32,000 nucleotides of DNA from an uncultured Eubacteriales bacterium (GCA_934729465.1 CAKVEP010000010.1:27076-59075); one strand, 5' to 3'. Shown: positions 9,765 through 19,307, numbered from the stretch's first letter. Numbers and translations: made by a program. Notes: generated by a model not told the origin, from the letters alone.

Positions 9765-10532
9765 TTAAACTTCATTGTTTTTACATATTTCTTCAGCTAA
9801 ATCAACATAAGCTTTCGAGCCTTTTGAAGATTTGTCAAAATACAAAATAGGCTGACCATAGCTCGGGGCCTCCGAAAGCCTCACTCCTCTTGGGATTACC
9901 GTGTTAAATACTTTCTTTGAAAAATGTTTTTTAACCTCGTCAACAACCTGCTGAGTTAAATTCAAGCGGCTGTCATACATCGTCATTAACACGCCCTCTA
10001 TTTCAAGCCTATCATTACACTGTCTTTTAATTCGCTTTACCGTGTTCATAAGCTGTGAAATTCCTTCAAGAGCGTAATATTCACATTGAGCCGGTATCAA
10101 AATTGAATCTGATGCACATAAAGCATTGGTGGTTATGAGTCCCAGCGACGGCGGACAATCTATTATTATATAATCATAGCTGTCTTTGACCGAAGATATA
10201 GCATCCTTAAGTCTTGAATCTCTGTTCGGCAAGTCGATTAGCTCCAAATCTGCGGCGGCCAAGTCTATGTTGGATGGAATTAAATCTAAATTTTTAAATT
10301 CCGTAGTCAATATAACGTCATTAACGTCCGTGCCGTCTACAAGCACATCGTAGGTCGACATAACTATACTTCTTCTGTCAAAACCCAGTCCACTCGTAGT
10401 GTTTCCCTGAGGGTCCACGTCTATAACAAGCGTTTTTTTACCCATGGAGCCCAGCGATGCCGACAAATTTATTGATGTTGTGGTCTTGCCCACTCCACCT
10501 TTTTGATTGGTAATAGCAATAATCTTCCCCAT
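9765..10532 (-). CDS. soj: Chromosome partitioning ATPase ParA/Soj
   Basis: 255 aa, with the deviant Walker A KGGVGKTT and the conserved IDCPPSLG. Confidence 0.9.
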   Translation of the reverse strand: MGKIIAITNQKGGVGKTTTSINLSASLGSMGKKTLVIDVDPQGNTTSGLGFDRRSIVMSTYDVLVDGTDVNDVILTTEFKNLDLIPSNIDLAAADLELIDLPNRDSRLKDAISSVKDSYDYIIIDCPPSLGLITTNALCASDSILIPAQCEYYALEGISQLMNTVKRIKRQCNDRLEIEGVLMTMYDSRLNLTQQVVDEVKKHFSKKVFNTVIPRGVRLSEAPSYGQPILYFDKSSKGSKAYVDLAEEICKNNEV

Positions 10533-10563
10533 TTCTGCCCTCCTTTCATCGTCTTATAATATA

Positions 10564-10572
10564 ATTATATCA
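10564..10572 (-). promoter_or_regulatory. Possible extended -10 promoter element for soj-spo0J
   Basis: The minus strand reads TGaTATAAT, ~35 nt upstream of the soj SD. I found no good -35. Confidence 0.35.
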
Positions 10573-10613
10573 CTCCTTTTAAAAAAAGGAAAGAGTGGAT
10601 ATAAATAAAAGGA

Positions 10614-10629
10614 TGTTTCACGTGAAACA
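10614..10629. promoter_or_regulatory. parS: parS centromere site (perfect palindrome); it also forms the stem of the rsmG terminator
   Basis: TGTTTCACGTGAAACA matches the Firmicute parS consensus TGTTNCACGTGAAACA. It sits inside the 22-nt palindrome GGATGTTTCACGTGAAACATCC, which is followed on the minus strand by TTTTATTTAT. Confidence 0.85.
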
Positions 10630-10654
10630 TCCGTATTTTTGTGTGAAACACACC

Positions 10655-11374
10655 TTATAATGGATTTTTTGCGATTTTTACTCCCTGACGTGGGTATTCG
10701 AGCGGCGTTTTCCTTACCTTTTCAATGATTATTATGTTCCTTTTTCCACTTCCGTCGGGCAAGTCAAAGAATTGTTTTCCGATAATCTTTCCGCCTAATT
10801 TAGTAATCGCATCTTTTGCGTTGTTAAGCTCTTCTTCAACATTTGGTCCCTTCAGAGCCACAAACTTTCCGCCAACCTTAACATACGGCATACAATATTC
10901 CGCTAACACATTAAACGATGCAACCGCCCTAGAAGTTACAAAATCAAATTTTTCTCTGTAATTTACATCTTTTCCACATTCTTCAGCACGTTTGTGGATA
11001 ACTTCATAATCGAGCTGTAATTTTTCGGATAGCTTGCTTAAAAAAACAAGTCTTTTATTTAAACTATCAATCAACGATAATTTTATCTGCGGACAAGCTA
11101 TTTTTACCGGAACTCCCGGAAAACCGGCTCCCGTACCTATGTCAACTAAGCTCGAGTTTTCAACAAATTTCACAGTCTTTGTTAAAAGAAGACTGTCTAA
11201 AAAATGCTTCGTTACAACTTGATTTGGTTCTGTGATAGCAGTTAAATTAGTGTGTTCATTATAAAGCAGCAAAAAATCCAAATATATTCTAAATTTTTCT
11301 AATTGTTCTTGAGATAATCGTATATTAAGCTTATCAGCGTTCACTTTTAAAATTTCAATAGCTTCGTTAAACAT
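10655..11374 (-). CDS. rsmG: 16S rRNA (guanine527-N7)-methyltransferase RsmG/GidB
   Basis: 239 aa, with the SAM-binding motif DIGTGAGFPG. It is in the conserved position after mnmG. Confidence 0.9.
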   Translation of the reverse strand: MFNEAIEILKVNADKLNIRLSQEQLEKFRIYLDFLLLYNEHTNLTAITEPNQVVTKHFLDSLLLTKTVKFVENSSLVDIGTGAGFPGVPVKIACPQIKLSLIDSLNKRLVFLSKLSEKLQLDYEVIHKRAEECGKDVNYREKFDFVTSRAVASFNVLAEYCMPYVKVGGKFVALKGPNVEEELNNAKDAITKLGGKIIGKQFFDLPDGSGKRNIIIIEKVRKTPLEYPRQGVKIAKNPL

Positions 11375-11391
11375 GAATTTTCTCCCTTAAA

Positions 11392-13257
11392 TTAAGATTT
11401 TCTCGCAAGCCATATCATCAACACGGATATGTCTGCAGGGCTAACCCCCGATATTCTTGACGCTTGCCCTAGGTTTATTGGACGCACTTTATTTAATTTT
11501 TCAATGGCCTCCAAACGAAGACCTTTTATTTCTGAATAATTTATGTTTTCAGACAAAATTTGTTTTTCTAATCTTCTCATTTCGTTAATTTGTTTGTTTT
11601 GGCGCTGTATATACCCCTCATACTTGACCTCTATTTCCACTTGCTCAAAGATATTTTCATCAATAGAAGGTCTTGAAACGTCTATTTCTTTCAAACATTC
11701 ATAATTAATTTGAGGTCTTTTAAGCAGGTCTACTAGCTTAATTCCTGTGTTTATCGGCGATGTTTCACGTGAAACAAGTATGTCATTCAACCTTTCGCTT
11801 GGCGCTATAACCGTAGTTTTTATGCGATTTAATTCTTTGTTTTTCAATTCCTGCTTTGCTTGGAATTTTTCCCATCTTTTGTCTGAAATCAAGCCTATTT
11901 CTCTTCCGATTGGCGTTAATCTTACGTCTGCGTTATCCTGACGTAAAACTAATCTGTACTCCGACCTCGAAGTCATCATACGATAAGGGTCATTTACGCC
12001 CTTAGTGACCAAATCATCTATAAGAGTGCCGATGTATGAGCTTGCCCTGTCCAAAACCAGCGACTTTTTGCCCTTAACCTTCAAAGCGGCGTTTATACCC
12101 GCAATTAGTCCCTGAGCCGCTGCCTCCTCGTAGCCCGAGCTACCATTAAATTGTCCGGCACCGTAAAGACCCGGAAATTCTTTAAATTCGAGCGTCGCAT
12201 AAAGCTGTAACGGGTCTATACAGTCATATTCTATAGCGTATGCAGGGCGCATTATCATGGCGTTTTCGAGACCTTTAATAGTGTGATAAAATTCAATTTG
12301 TACATCCTCCGGCAAAGACGACGACATTCCTTGTAAATACATCTCTTCTGTGTTTAGTCCGCAAGGCTCGATGAACAACTGATGTCTTTCTTTGTCTGCA
12401 AACCTGACAATCTTATCCTCCAGACTCGGACAATATCTAGGACCAACCCCCTCGATTTTACCGCTATACATCGGTGAACGATGTAAATTATCCATAATAA
12501 CCTTTTTAGTATTCTCATTTGTCCAGCTAATATGACACATAACCTTGTTTTGTCCGATATTTTCGGTGTCGTAAGAAAACGGTACGATTTTTTCATCACC
12601 CAGCTGCTCTTCAAGTCCCGAAAAGTCTATACTGGACTTCAAAACTCTCGCAGGAGTTCCCGTTTTAAATCTTCTTAATTTTACTCCCAATTCCTTAAGC
12701 GAATTCCCCAAAAATTTGGATGGAAATATCCCATCAGGACCGCTTTCATAAGACACTTCGCCAATAAAAACCTTGCCTCCGAGGTACGTGCCCGTGGCGA
12801 TAACCACAGCCTTTGCGCTATACACAGCTCCAATACGAGTTTTAAGCTTCCAAACTCCATCGACGTTTTTTATCTCCACGATTTCAGCCTGGCGTAAATC
12901 TAAATTTTTCTGTAATTCTAACTTGTGCTTCATCACGTCTTTGTACTTAGCCCTGTCAATTTGCGCCCTAAGAGAGTGTACTGCCGGTCCTTTGCCCCTA
13001 TTAAGCATTCTGCTCTGCAAAAAACATTCGTCGGTAGTCTTGCCCATTTCACCGCCAAGTGCGTCTATCTCTCTAACTAAATGTCCCTTAGCCGTGCCGC
13101 CTATAGACGGATTACACGGACAATTTCCAACTGCATCTAAATTTATAGTAAAAACAACCGTTTTACATCCAAGTCTTGCGGCGGCTAACCCTGCCTCAAT
13201 TCCCGCATGACCTCCTCCAATAACCGCAACTTCATACTTTTCTGCTTCAAAATCCAT
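11392..13257 (-). CDS. mnmG: tRNA uridine 5-carboxymethylaminomethyl modification enzyme MnmG/GidA
   Basis: 621 aa, with the N-terminal FAD fold [12 protein letters not shown]. Confidence 0.95.
   Translation of the reverse strand: MDFEAEKYEVAVIGGGHAGIEAGLAAARLGCKTVVFTINLDAVGNCPCNPSIGGTAKGHLVREIDALGGEMGKTTDECFLQSRMLNRGKGPAVHSLRAQIDRAKYKDVMKHKLELQKNLDLRQAEIVEIKNVDGVWKLKTRIGAVYSAKAVVIATGTYLGGKVFIGEVSYESGPDGIFPSKFLGNSLKELGVKLRRFKTGTPARVLKSSIDFSGLEEQLGDEKIVPFSYDTENIGQNKVMCHISWTNENTKKVIMDNLHRSPMYSGKIEGVGPRYCPSLEDKIVRFADKERHQLFIEPCGLNTEEMYLQGMSSSLPEDVQIEFYHTIKGLENAMIMRPAYAIEYDCIDPLQLYATLEFKEFPGLYGAGQFNGSSGYEEAAAQGLIAGINAALKVKGKKSLVLDRASSYIGTLIDDLVTKGVNDPYRMMTSRSEYRLVLRQDNADVRLTPIGREIGLISDKRWEKFQAKQELKNKELNRIKTTVIAPSERLNDILVSRETSPINTGIKLVDLLKRPQINYECLKEIDVSRPSIDENIFEQVEIEVKYEGYIQRQNKQINEMRRLEKQILSENINYSEIKGLRLEAIEKLNKVRPINLGQASRISGVSPADISVLMIWLARKS
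11761..11776. promoter_or_regulatory. parS: Second perfect parS site, inside the mnmG coding sequence
   Basis: Identical 16-mer TGTTTCACGTGAAACA. Confidence 0.8.
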
Positions 13258-13281
13258 TAAAAAAACCTCTCCTAAATATAT

Positions 13282-14643
13282 TTATTTTCCAACGCAAAAT
13301 CTCGAAAAAATCTCGTCAACAACCTTTTCGCTCGCACGCTCACCCGTTAATTCCATAAGTTCCTGCACGGCGTCTTGAAGCGAAACAGTCGTTGCGTCAA
13401 GAGTCATATTAAGCTCAACAGACTCCGCCGCCTCGTTTACACACTCCAACGCTCTTTTTAAAATGTTTAACTGTCTTTCGTTGGATATCACCGTTTCAGA
13501 CGCATCAAATTTGCTCATACCAACCATTTCATACACCATATCGCTAAGTTTTTCCAGACCTTTTTGGTTCTTCGCAGACAAACTAACTATATTTTGCGTA
13601 AATTTTTTTATCTTTTCTTTGTCGATTTTCTGGGCTTTATCCTCCTTGTTTATTATGACAATTGTATTATTTTTGTCAATAAGCTGGAGTATCTGCTCGT
13701 CCTCTGGGGAAATATCTTCAGAGCCGTCGACCACCAAAAACACAAGTCCTGCCGTTCTAACGCTATCTTTGGCTTTATTTACGCCTATTTTTTCAATTAG
13801 ATTGTCGGTTTGACGTATCCCCGCAGTGTCTGATATAACAAGCGGCACGTCCCCAAGCATAACGGTTTCTTCGATAATATCACGAGTTGTTCCCGGAATG
13901 TCTGTAACAATCGACCTCTCGCACCCCGAAAGCATATTCATGAGAGTAGACTTTCCAACATTTGGTCTGCCTATAATCACAGTCTTTATCCCGTTTTTTA
14001 TTACACACCCAACATCATAACTGTTGATAAGTTTTTTCAAAGTGTCTTGAGTTTCGGCCAACTGTTTTTTCAACAAATCTACGCTTATTTGTGGAATATC
14101 GTCCTCGGGATAGTCGGCCCATGCACACAAATGTGAAACTATTTTCACGATACTATTTCTCATCTCGTTTATTTTTTCAACAACTACGCCGTCCCTTGTT
14201 GAAAAGGCCAGCTCGTTTTCCCTTGCACTTTTTGAAGAGATAATGTCCATTATCGCCTCGGCCTGAGTCAGGTCAATTTTTCCGTTTAGAAACGCCCTCT
14301 TTGTAAATTCGCCCGCCTTTGCAAGCTTTGCACCCGCATTCATAAGTACTCGCAAAACACGTCTCGTGATATAAAGTCCACCGTGACAAGATATTTCAAC
14401 CGTATTTTCGCCCGTAAAGCTGTGCGGCGCCCTATACACCAAAGCTATAGCGTCATCTATGTAAACATCGCCGTCCTTCACCTTCCCATATTTGGCTCTA
14501 TACCCCTTTAGCTCGCTTAATTTACTATTATCAAAGCTTTCAAAAACTTTGTCGGCAATGGCGATTGCGTCTTCCCCAGACACTCTCACCACTCCAATTC
14601 CGCCTATTCCCTGTGCAGTTGAAATTGCTGCTATCGTATCCAT
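13282..14643 (-). CDS. mnmE: tRNA modification GTPase MnmE/TrmE
   Basis: G1 motif GRPNVGKST, G3 motif DTAG, and the C-terminal FCVGK. I placed the start at the ATG giving MDTIAAISTAQG, the canonical MnmE N-terminus, not at the GTG at 14703 used by the ORF track. Confidence 0.9.
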   Translation of the reverse strand: MDTIAAISTAQGIGGIGVVRVSGEDAIAIADKVFESFDNSKLSELKGYRAKYGKVKDGDVYIDDAIALVYRAPHSFTGENTVEISCHGGLYITRRVLRVLMNAGAKLAKAGEFTKRAFLNGKIDLTQAEAIMDIISSKSARENELAFSTRDGVVVEKINEMRNSIVKIVSHLCAWADYPEDDIPQISVDLLKKQLAETQDTLKKLINSYDVGCVIKNGIKTVIIGRPNVGKSTLMNMLSGCERSIVTDIPGTTRDIIEETVMLGDVPLVISDTAGIRQTDNLIEKIGVNKAKDSVRTAGLVFLVVDGSEDISPEDEQILQLIDKNNTIVIINKEDKAQKIDKEKIKKFTQNIVSLSAKNQKGLEKLSDMVYEMVGMSKFDASETVISNERQLNILKRALECVNEAAESVELNMTLDATTVSLQDAVQELMELTGERASEKVVDEIFSRFCVGK

Positions 14644-14823
14644 AAAAATGTGAGCGTGTGTATAACCATCACGCCCACTACCCCTCCTTTTTCTCACATA
14701 CACTTCTTTTTTCTAACCAAAAACGAAAGTGGCAACCCCGAAAAATACAAATTTTTAGGTTTGTATTTAACCTCGAAGCTCCCACTTTTAATAAAATATC
14801 AATATAATTTTAAATATTTCTGT

Positions 14824-15555
14824 CTATTCTTCTTCATTGTAATCATCTGAAAATGTAGATTTATTAGTAACTCTATCAGAAAATTCCTTATCATACATAC
14901 GTCTTACTTCATATCTACCATTATTCCCGGGAGCTATTACAACGTGTCTGTCGCCATCAAACCCCTCCGACCACGAATAAACCCCATCCATCGTACACAC
15001 CACAGAATGAATAATTTTTCTCTCATAAGCCCTCATTGGCTCAAGCTCTATCTTCATTCCTGTTTCCTCGGCTCTGTATGCCATACGTCTGCCAAGCGCC
15101 TCAAGCGCACGTTTTCTTCTTTCCCTGTAATCCCCGGCGTTCACCCTGATTTTACAAAACTCATTATCCTCATTATTATTATTTGCCACAACAGAGCTTA
15201 AATATTGAAGTGCGTCTAACGTCTCGCCGTGACGCCCCACTATAAATTTTATGTCGTCTCCGGTTATATTTATCGCACATTCTCCGTCTTTTCTTTCCCC
15301 AACATTAACGTTAAGATTTTCAAGACCCATGTAATAAAGTACTTCTTTCAAAAATTCTTTAGCTTTTTCCTCTTGCGACACCTTAACGTAGGCTCTAACT
15401 TGAGCAAGTTTCCCGCCAAAAAGACCTAATTTTTTTCTTTCGGGCATTTGCAAAATTTCAAATTCCACCATTTCTTCTGGCACACCTAGTATATCACAAG
15501 CCTTTTTCTTTGCTAATACGACTGTTTCTTCTGATGCAAACGCTTCTTTTACCAA
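14824..15555 (-). CDS. khpB: Jag/KhpB RNA-binding protein (Jag_N, KH and R3H domains)
   Basis: 243 aa, with a KH GxxG (GRHGETL) and an R3H region (ERKIIH). It is in the conserved position after yidC. Confidence 0.85.
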   Translation of the reverse strand: MVKEAFASEETVVLAKKKACDILGVPEEMVEFEILQMPERKKLGLFGGKLAQVRAYVKVSQEEKAKEFLKEVLYYMGLENLNVNVGERKDGECAINITGDDIKFIVGRHGETLDALQYLSSVVANNNNEDNEFCKIRVNAGDYRERRKRALEALGRRMAYRAEETGMKIELEPMRAYERKIIHSVVCTMDGVYSWSEGFDGDRHVVIAPGNNGRYEVRRMYDKEFSDRVTNKSTFSDDYNEEE

Positions 15556-15586
15556 GTCAATCTACTCCTTGCAATACATTTTCATT

Positions 15587-16576
15587 CTATTTTTTCTTTT
15601 CTTTTTTTCCGTTATCTCTAAGATTTTCTTTGTTCTCCGGCAAAACCACTTCTTTTAGAGATTTTATCATCTGAATTTTACTTTCGTTAATCTCTAAAAG
15701 CGCAAGCCTCTTTGCCTCGGATTTTGCGTTGATTGTGTATTCATTACAATACTTCCCGAATATAACACTTTGAATCATTGCGATAATTGAATTTATTATC
15801 CAGTATATTCCAACTGCACCGGGGGTAGTATAGAGAACCCACGTAAAAAATAGCGGTAAAATATACGGTCCTATCTTTCCGCAACCGGGCATTTCCATTT
15901 GCTTGCCGCTGACTTTGTTTCTGACGTACGTAGACAGTACACCTATCGCAACATAAGCAACAGGAATAAGCCACATCATACTCTTAAACGAACTATTACT
16001 TGGCGTGTCTAGCAAATTCAAGCCCATAAAATTAAATCCACTGCTAAACTCCTCGACATCTGCGAGCTGTTCTTCCGATAGCATAGTAAGCTCACTTTTA
16101 ACGTCTGAAAATCTTCTAACAATCTCAAGTTCCGGATACTTAGCCGTCACCGACTCGCCTATTCCAGGGATTGTTGATAATTTTTGCACAGCCTGTGAAA
16201 CCGTTTGAGCCGGAATGTGAAGAGTGTTTTGAAGCGGCTTATTTACTGCTCCCAGAACCCCCATCATGAGTATAAGTGGCAAAAACATCGTCAGGCACCC
16301 TTTCATCGGGTTACCTTCTTGTTCGTAAAGCTTAGCTAGCTCCTCGTTGTATTTCTGCGGATTCTTTCCAAATTTTTTCTTTAGTTCCTCCTGCTTCGCA
16401 GCAAGCCTTGAGTTCGCCGCCATAGACTTTTGTTGTTTAAGCATAAGCGGAAACATCAAAATATTTATAAACAGCGTAAATAAAAATATCGCAACTCCGT
16501 AATTACTAACTGCATCAAAGAAAAACCACAATACATAACCAAATAAACTTCCTAAGAAATCAAATATAAATCCCAA
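15587..16576 (-). CDS. yidC: YidC/Oxa1-family membrane protein insertase
   Basis: 329 aa, multi-pass, with PLMLKQQKSM and a Lys-rich C-terminal tail. Confidence 0.9.
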   Translation of the reverse strand: MGFIFDFLGSLFGYVLWFFFDAVSNYGVAIFLFTLFINILMFPLMLKQQKSMAANSRLAAKQEELKKKFGKNPQKYNEELAKLYEQEGNPMKGCLTMFLPLILMMGVLGAVNKPLQNTLHIPAQTVSQAVQKLSTIPGIGESVTAKYPELEIVRRFSDVKSELTMLSEEQLADVEEFSSGFNFMGLNLLDTPSNSSFKSMMWLIPVAYVAIGVLSTYVRNKVSGKQMEMPGCGKIGPYILPLFFTWVLYTTPGAVGIYWIINSIIAMIQSVIFGKYCNEYTINAKSEAKRLALLEINESKIQMIKSLKEVVLPENKENLRDNGKKEKKK

Positions 16577-16603
16577 AATGAAGCTCTCCCAACTAATAAA
16601 CCT

Positions 16604-16834
16604 TTATTTTTTCTTTTTTTCAGGAACAGGGTCATAGCCCCCTCTGAACAGGGGGTTACACCTTAAAATCCTAAACAAAGAGAGAGCTAACCCTTTTAAA
16701 ACACCAAACCTCTCTATAGCTTCGATAGCGTATTCCGAGCACGTCGGCACAAACCTACACCAAGGTTTCGTGTCTTTGCAAGGCGAAATCTCTCTCTGAT
16801 AAAATTTAATAATTCTTATAAGCAGTTTTTTCAT
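16604..16834 (-). CDS. yidD: Membrane protein insertion efficiency factor YidD
   Basis: 76 aa with the [15 protein letters not shown] motif. Its ATG overlaps the rnpA stop (ATGA). Confidence 0.9.
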   Translation of the reverse strand: MKKLLIRIIKFYQREISPCKDTKPWCRFVPTCSEYAIEAIERFGVLKGLALSLFRILRCNPLFRGGYDPVPEKKKK

Positions 16835-17166
16835 CAGATAACCCCGGCTTTTTTCATGTGAGCAGTCATTTCCCTAAGCACATCCTGCATTTTAGCTTTA
16901 TACGTTTTACTTCTTGCTACGAAAACAAAGTCACACTTTCCTTTTATCTTAGGATAAATTTCTCTAAAAGAGGTTTTAATAAGTCTCCTCGCCCTGTTTC
17001 GCTGCACAGCATTACCTATTTTTTTACTTGTTGTTACCCCTACTCTTTTTTGATGATTTCGGTTTTTGACAACATAAGTAATAAGTAGCGGCGACACATA
17101 AGAGCTTCCTTTATTGTAAGCCCTCCTGAAGTCCCTGTTTTCGCACAAAGTTAATAATTTATCCAT
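16834..17166 (-). CDS. rnpA: Ribonuclease P protein component
   Basis: RNR motif [18 protein letters not shown] placed the start at the internal ATG (MDKLLTL...), giving 110 aa. The 34-aa hydrophobic extension in the ORF track is not typical of RnpA. Confidence 0.85.
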   Translation of the reverse strand: MDKLLTLCENRDFRRAYNKGSSYVSPLLITYVVKNRNHQKRVGVTTSKKIGNAVQRNRARRLIKTSFREIYPKIKGKCDFVFVARSKTYKAKMQDVLREMTAHMKKAGVI

Positions 17167-17221
17167 AAAAAAAACCAGCCCTATTTCTGACTTAATAAAA
17201 AAAACAATACTTAAACAAAAA

Positions 17222-17246
17222 GAGACCACTAAAAAACAGTGGTCCC
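17222..17246 (-). terminator. Hairpin and U-run between rpmH and rnpA (possibly a partial terminator)
   Basis: On the minus strand: GACCACT, a 7-nt loop, AGTGGTC, then TCTCTTTTTGTTT. Confidence 0.45.
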
Positions 17247-17312
17247 GCTCGACGGAAGCACTCAGCACAATTTTATTAAACCCATAGTACTAAACGCAAA
17301 TCCAGTTTAATT

Positions 17313-17447
17313 CTAGTAAGTTAAGCGTTTTCTACCCTTAGCTCTACGACGTGCGATAACCTTTCTTCCATTACGGTCCGACATTCTTTTTCTAAAGCCA
17401 TGTTCTTTTTTTCTATGTAACTTCTTCGGTTGATACGTTCTTAACAC
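17313..17447 (-). CDS. rpmH: 50S ribosomal protein L34
   Basis: 44 aa from a GTG start preceded by GAGGAGGAG. The protein reads (M)[43 protein letters not shown]. Confidence 0.9.
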   Translation of the reverse strand: MLRTYQPKKLHRKKEHGFRKRMSDRNGRKVIARRRAKGRKRLTY

Positions 17448-17486
17448 GACAACTCCTCCTCTCGCAAAACAAAAATTCCCTTTAAA

Positions 17487-17515
17487 ATTATATACTTTTA
17501 TATAAAACATGTCAA
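17487..17515 (-). promoter_or_regulatory. Consensus sigma-A promoter of the rpmH operon
   Basis: On the minus strand: TTGACA (17515-17510), a 17-nt spacer, then TATAAT (17492-17487). Confidence 0.65.
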
Positions 17516-17570
17516 CACCGAACTTTACGTTTATTTTAAGAGGTAAAATTTTTTATAATGTAAATTAGAT

Positions 17571-17611
17571 TTGTAATTTAATAGTTTTTATGGTATAATA
17601 ATGTTGGATAA
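17571..17611 (+). promoter_or_regulatory. dnaA promoter with an adjacent weak DnaA box
   Basis: TTGTAA (17571-17576), a 17-nt spacer ending in TGg, then TATAAT (17594-17599). GTTGGATAA (17603-17611) matches TGTGGATAA at 7 of 9 positions just downstream of the -10. Confidence 0.5.
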
Positions 17612-17665
17612 ATATGTCCTTTAATCGTATTAAAGACTCATTTTAACTCGGAGGTTTTTATTTTT

Positions 17666-18982
17666 ATGGAATCTTTTAACGAGGCGTGGGAGTTAATTTG
17701 TGATTTTTGTAAATCACGTATTACCGATGTTGCCTACAAAACTTGGATTAGTCGAATCGAACCTATAAAACTCGATTTCGATAATGGCACTGCTATATTA
17801 ATGGTGCCGAATGAATTTCACAGGCAGCTTCTAAACAGGAGCTACATGAATCTTTTAAACAGTGCTTTCAGCGAAATCTTCGGAGCTGGCTTCGATATTT
17901 GCTTGACTGTTCCTGATGAAGTAAACACAAACAACAAGAAAAATGACCAGAATCTTGCAATAGACTCTGAATACGAATTCACTTTCGACACATATATCGT
18001 TGGGTCTTCAAATAAATTCGCTCACGCTGCTGCATTGGCTGTTGCCGCAAACCCTGCGGGGGCTTACAATCCTCTGTTTATATACGGAAATTCCGGACTG
18101 GGAAAAACTCACCTTCTTTATGCAATTTGTAATGATATAAAGAAAAATCGTCCCGACATGACTACCCTTTATATAAAAGGCGATGATTTCACAAACGAAC
18201 TTATCGACTCTATAAGGAAAAACACAACAAGCGAATTTCATCAAAAATACAGAAGAACAGATATTCTCCTTGTGGACGACATCCAGTTTATAGCCGGAAA
18301 AGACTCTACTCAAGAAGAATTTTTCCATACCTTTAATTCTCTGTATGAAGCCAAAAAACAAATAGTTTTAACGTCAGACAGACCCCCAAAAGAAATTCAG
18401 ACCCTTGAAGACAGGCTTCGTACCAGGTTTGAATGGGGTCTAATTGCAGATATTCAGCCTCCGGATTTTGAAACACGTATAGCAATAGTCAAAAGGAAGG
18501 CTGAAAGTTTAGATATAAAAATACCTAACGAAGTATGCGAATACATAGCTAAAAAATTAAAAACAAACATTAGACAGCTCGAAGGAGCCGTAAAAAAGAT
18601 GAAAGCTCACCATCTTCTAGGCGGAGAACCTATGGGAATCCACACAGCTCAAATCGCTATTTCCGATATACTGAATAACGACCAGCCACCACCAATGACT
18701 GTCGAAAAAATCATAGAAGAAGTAGCACGTACTTTCGGAGTCACAGCTGCAGATATAAGGTCATCAAAAAGGTCTTCAACAATATCTAATGCTAGACAAA
18801 TTTCAATGTATGTAGTAAGGGAAATAACTCAGCTTCCTCTCGCTGCAATCGGAGAAGAATACGGTGGAAGAGACCATTCAACGATAGTTTACGCATTACA
18901 ACAAGTTGAAAAGAATATAAATAAGGATTCTAAATTAAAGGCAATGGTGGAAGATATAATAAAAAATATAAGAGACAGATAA
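17666..18982 (+). CDS. dnaA: Chromosomal replication initiator DnaA
   Basis: 438 aa, with the AAA+ Walker A GNSGLGKTHLL and the domain IV sequence GGRDHSTIVYA. Confidence 0.97.
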   Translation: MESFNEAWELICDFCKSRITDVAYKTWISRIEPIKLDFDNGTAILMVPNEFHRQLLNRSYMNLLNSAFSEIFGAGFDICLTVPDEVNTNNKKNDQNLAIDSEYEFTFDTYIVGSSNKFAHAAALAVAANPAGAYNPLFIYGNSGLGKTHLLYAICNDIKKNRPDMTTLYIKGDDFTNELIDSIRKNTTSEFHQKYRRTDILLVDDIQFIAGKDSTQEEFFHTFNSLYEAKKQIVLTSDRPPKEIQTLEDRLRTRFEWGLIADIQPPDFETRIAIVKRKAESLDIKIPNEVCEYIAKKLKTNIRQLEGAVKKMKAHHLLGGEPMGIHTAQIAISDILNNDQPPPMTVEKIIEEVARTFGVTAADIRSSKRSSTISNARQISMYVVREITQLPLAAIGEEYGGRDHSTIVYALQQVEKNINKDSKLKAMVEDIIKNIRDR

Positions 18983-19307
18983 AATATATTGTTTATAAAA
19001 GAGAAACAATAATGTTGAAACGATTTCAACTTATCCACAAAAGGTGTTGAAATCGTAATTTTTTACCTTTTTATTTTTCCACCAACTGTCAACATTTAAC
19101 ACACAATACTCCACTAATTTCCACAACTAAAATTAAAAGGCCTTTAAAACTCATTTATATTGGACAACTTGTTAACAAATGTAAAATATCTTTCATTTCC
19201 CATAAAATCAGAGTTTTATCATATTTTCAACTTTTGGACATTCCCTACTACTATTACTAAAATTATATACATATCTTACTCTCAAAAATAAGAAAGGACT
19301 TTTTTTA
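18983..19307. other. oriC: dnaA-dnaN intergenic origin segment (oriC): DnaA box, DnaA-trio-like repeats and an AT-rich unwinding region
   Basis: Perfect DnaA box TTATCCACA at 19031-19039. There are weaker box-like 9-mers (TTTTCCACC, ATTTCCACA). CTACTACTATTACTA at 19245-19259 is preceded by CCC and followed by AT-rich sequence. Confidence 0.65.

Noticed and set aside
14644-14703. N-terminal extensions in the track for mnmE (20 aa from GTG 14703), rnpA (34 aa, to 17268) and rpmH (21 aa, to 17510)
   Set aside because: The extensions have no counterpart in these well-known families. The internal starts reproduce the canonical N-termini and lengths: MDTIAAIST for MnmE, a 110-aa RnpA, and a 44-aa L34 with GAGGAGGAG before its GTG.
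14743-14768. AAATACAAA / TTTGTATTT hairpin between jag and mnmE as a terminator
   Set aside because: The stem is A-T only. In the direction of transcription it is followed by UUCGGGGUUGCC rather than a U-run, so it is at best a weak pause site.
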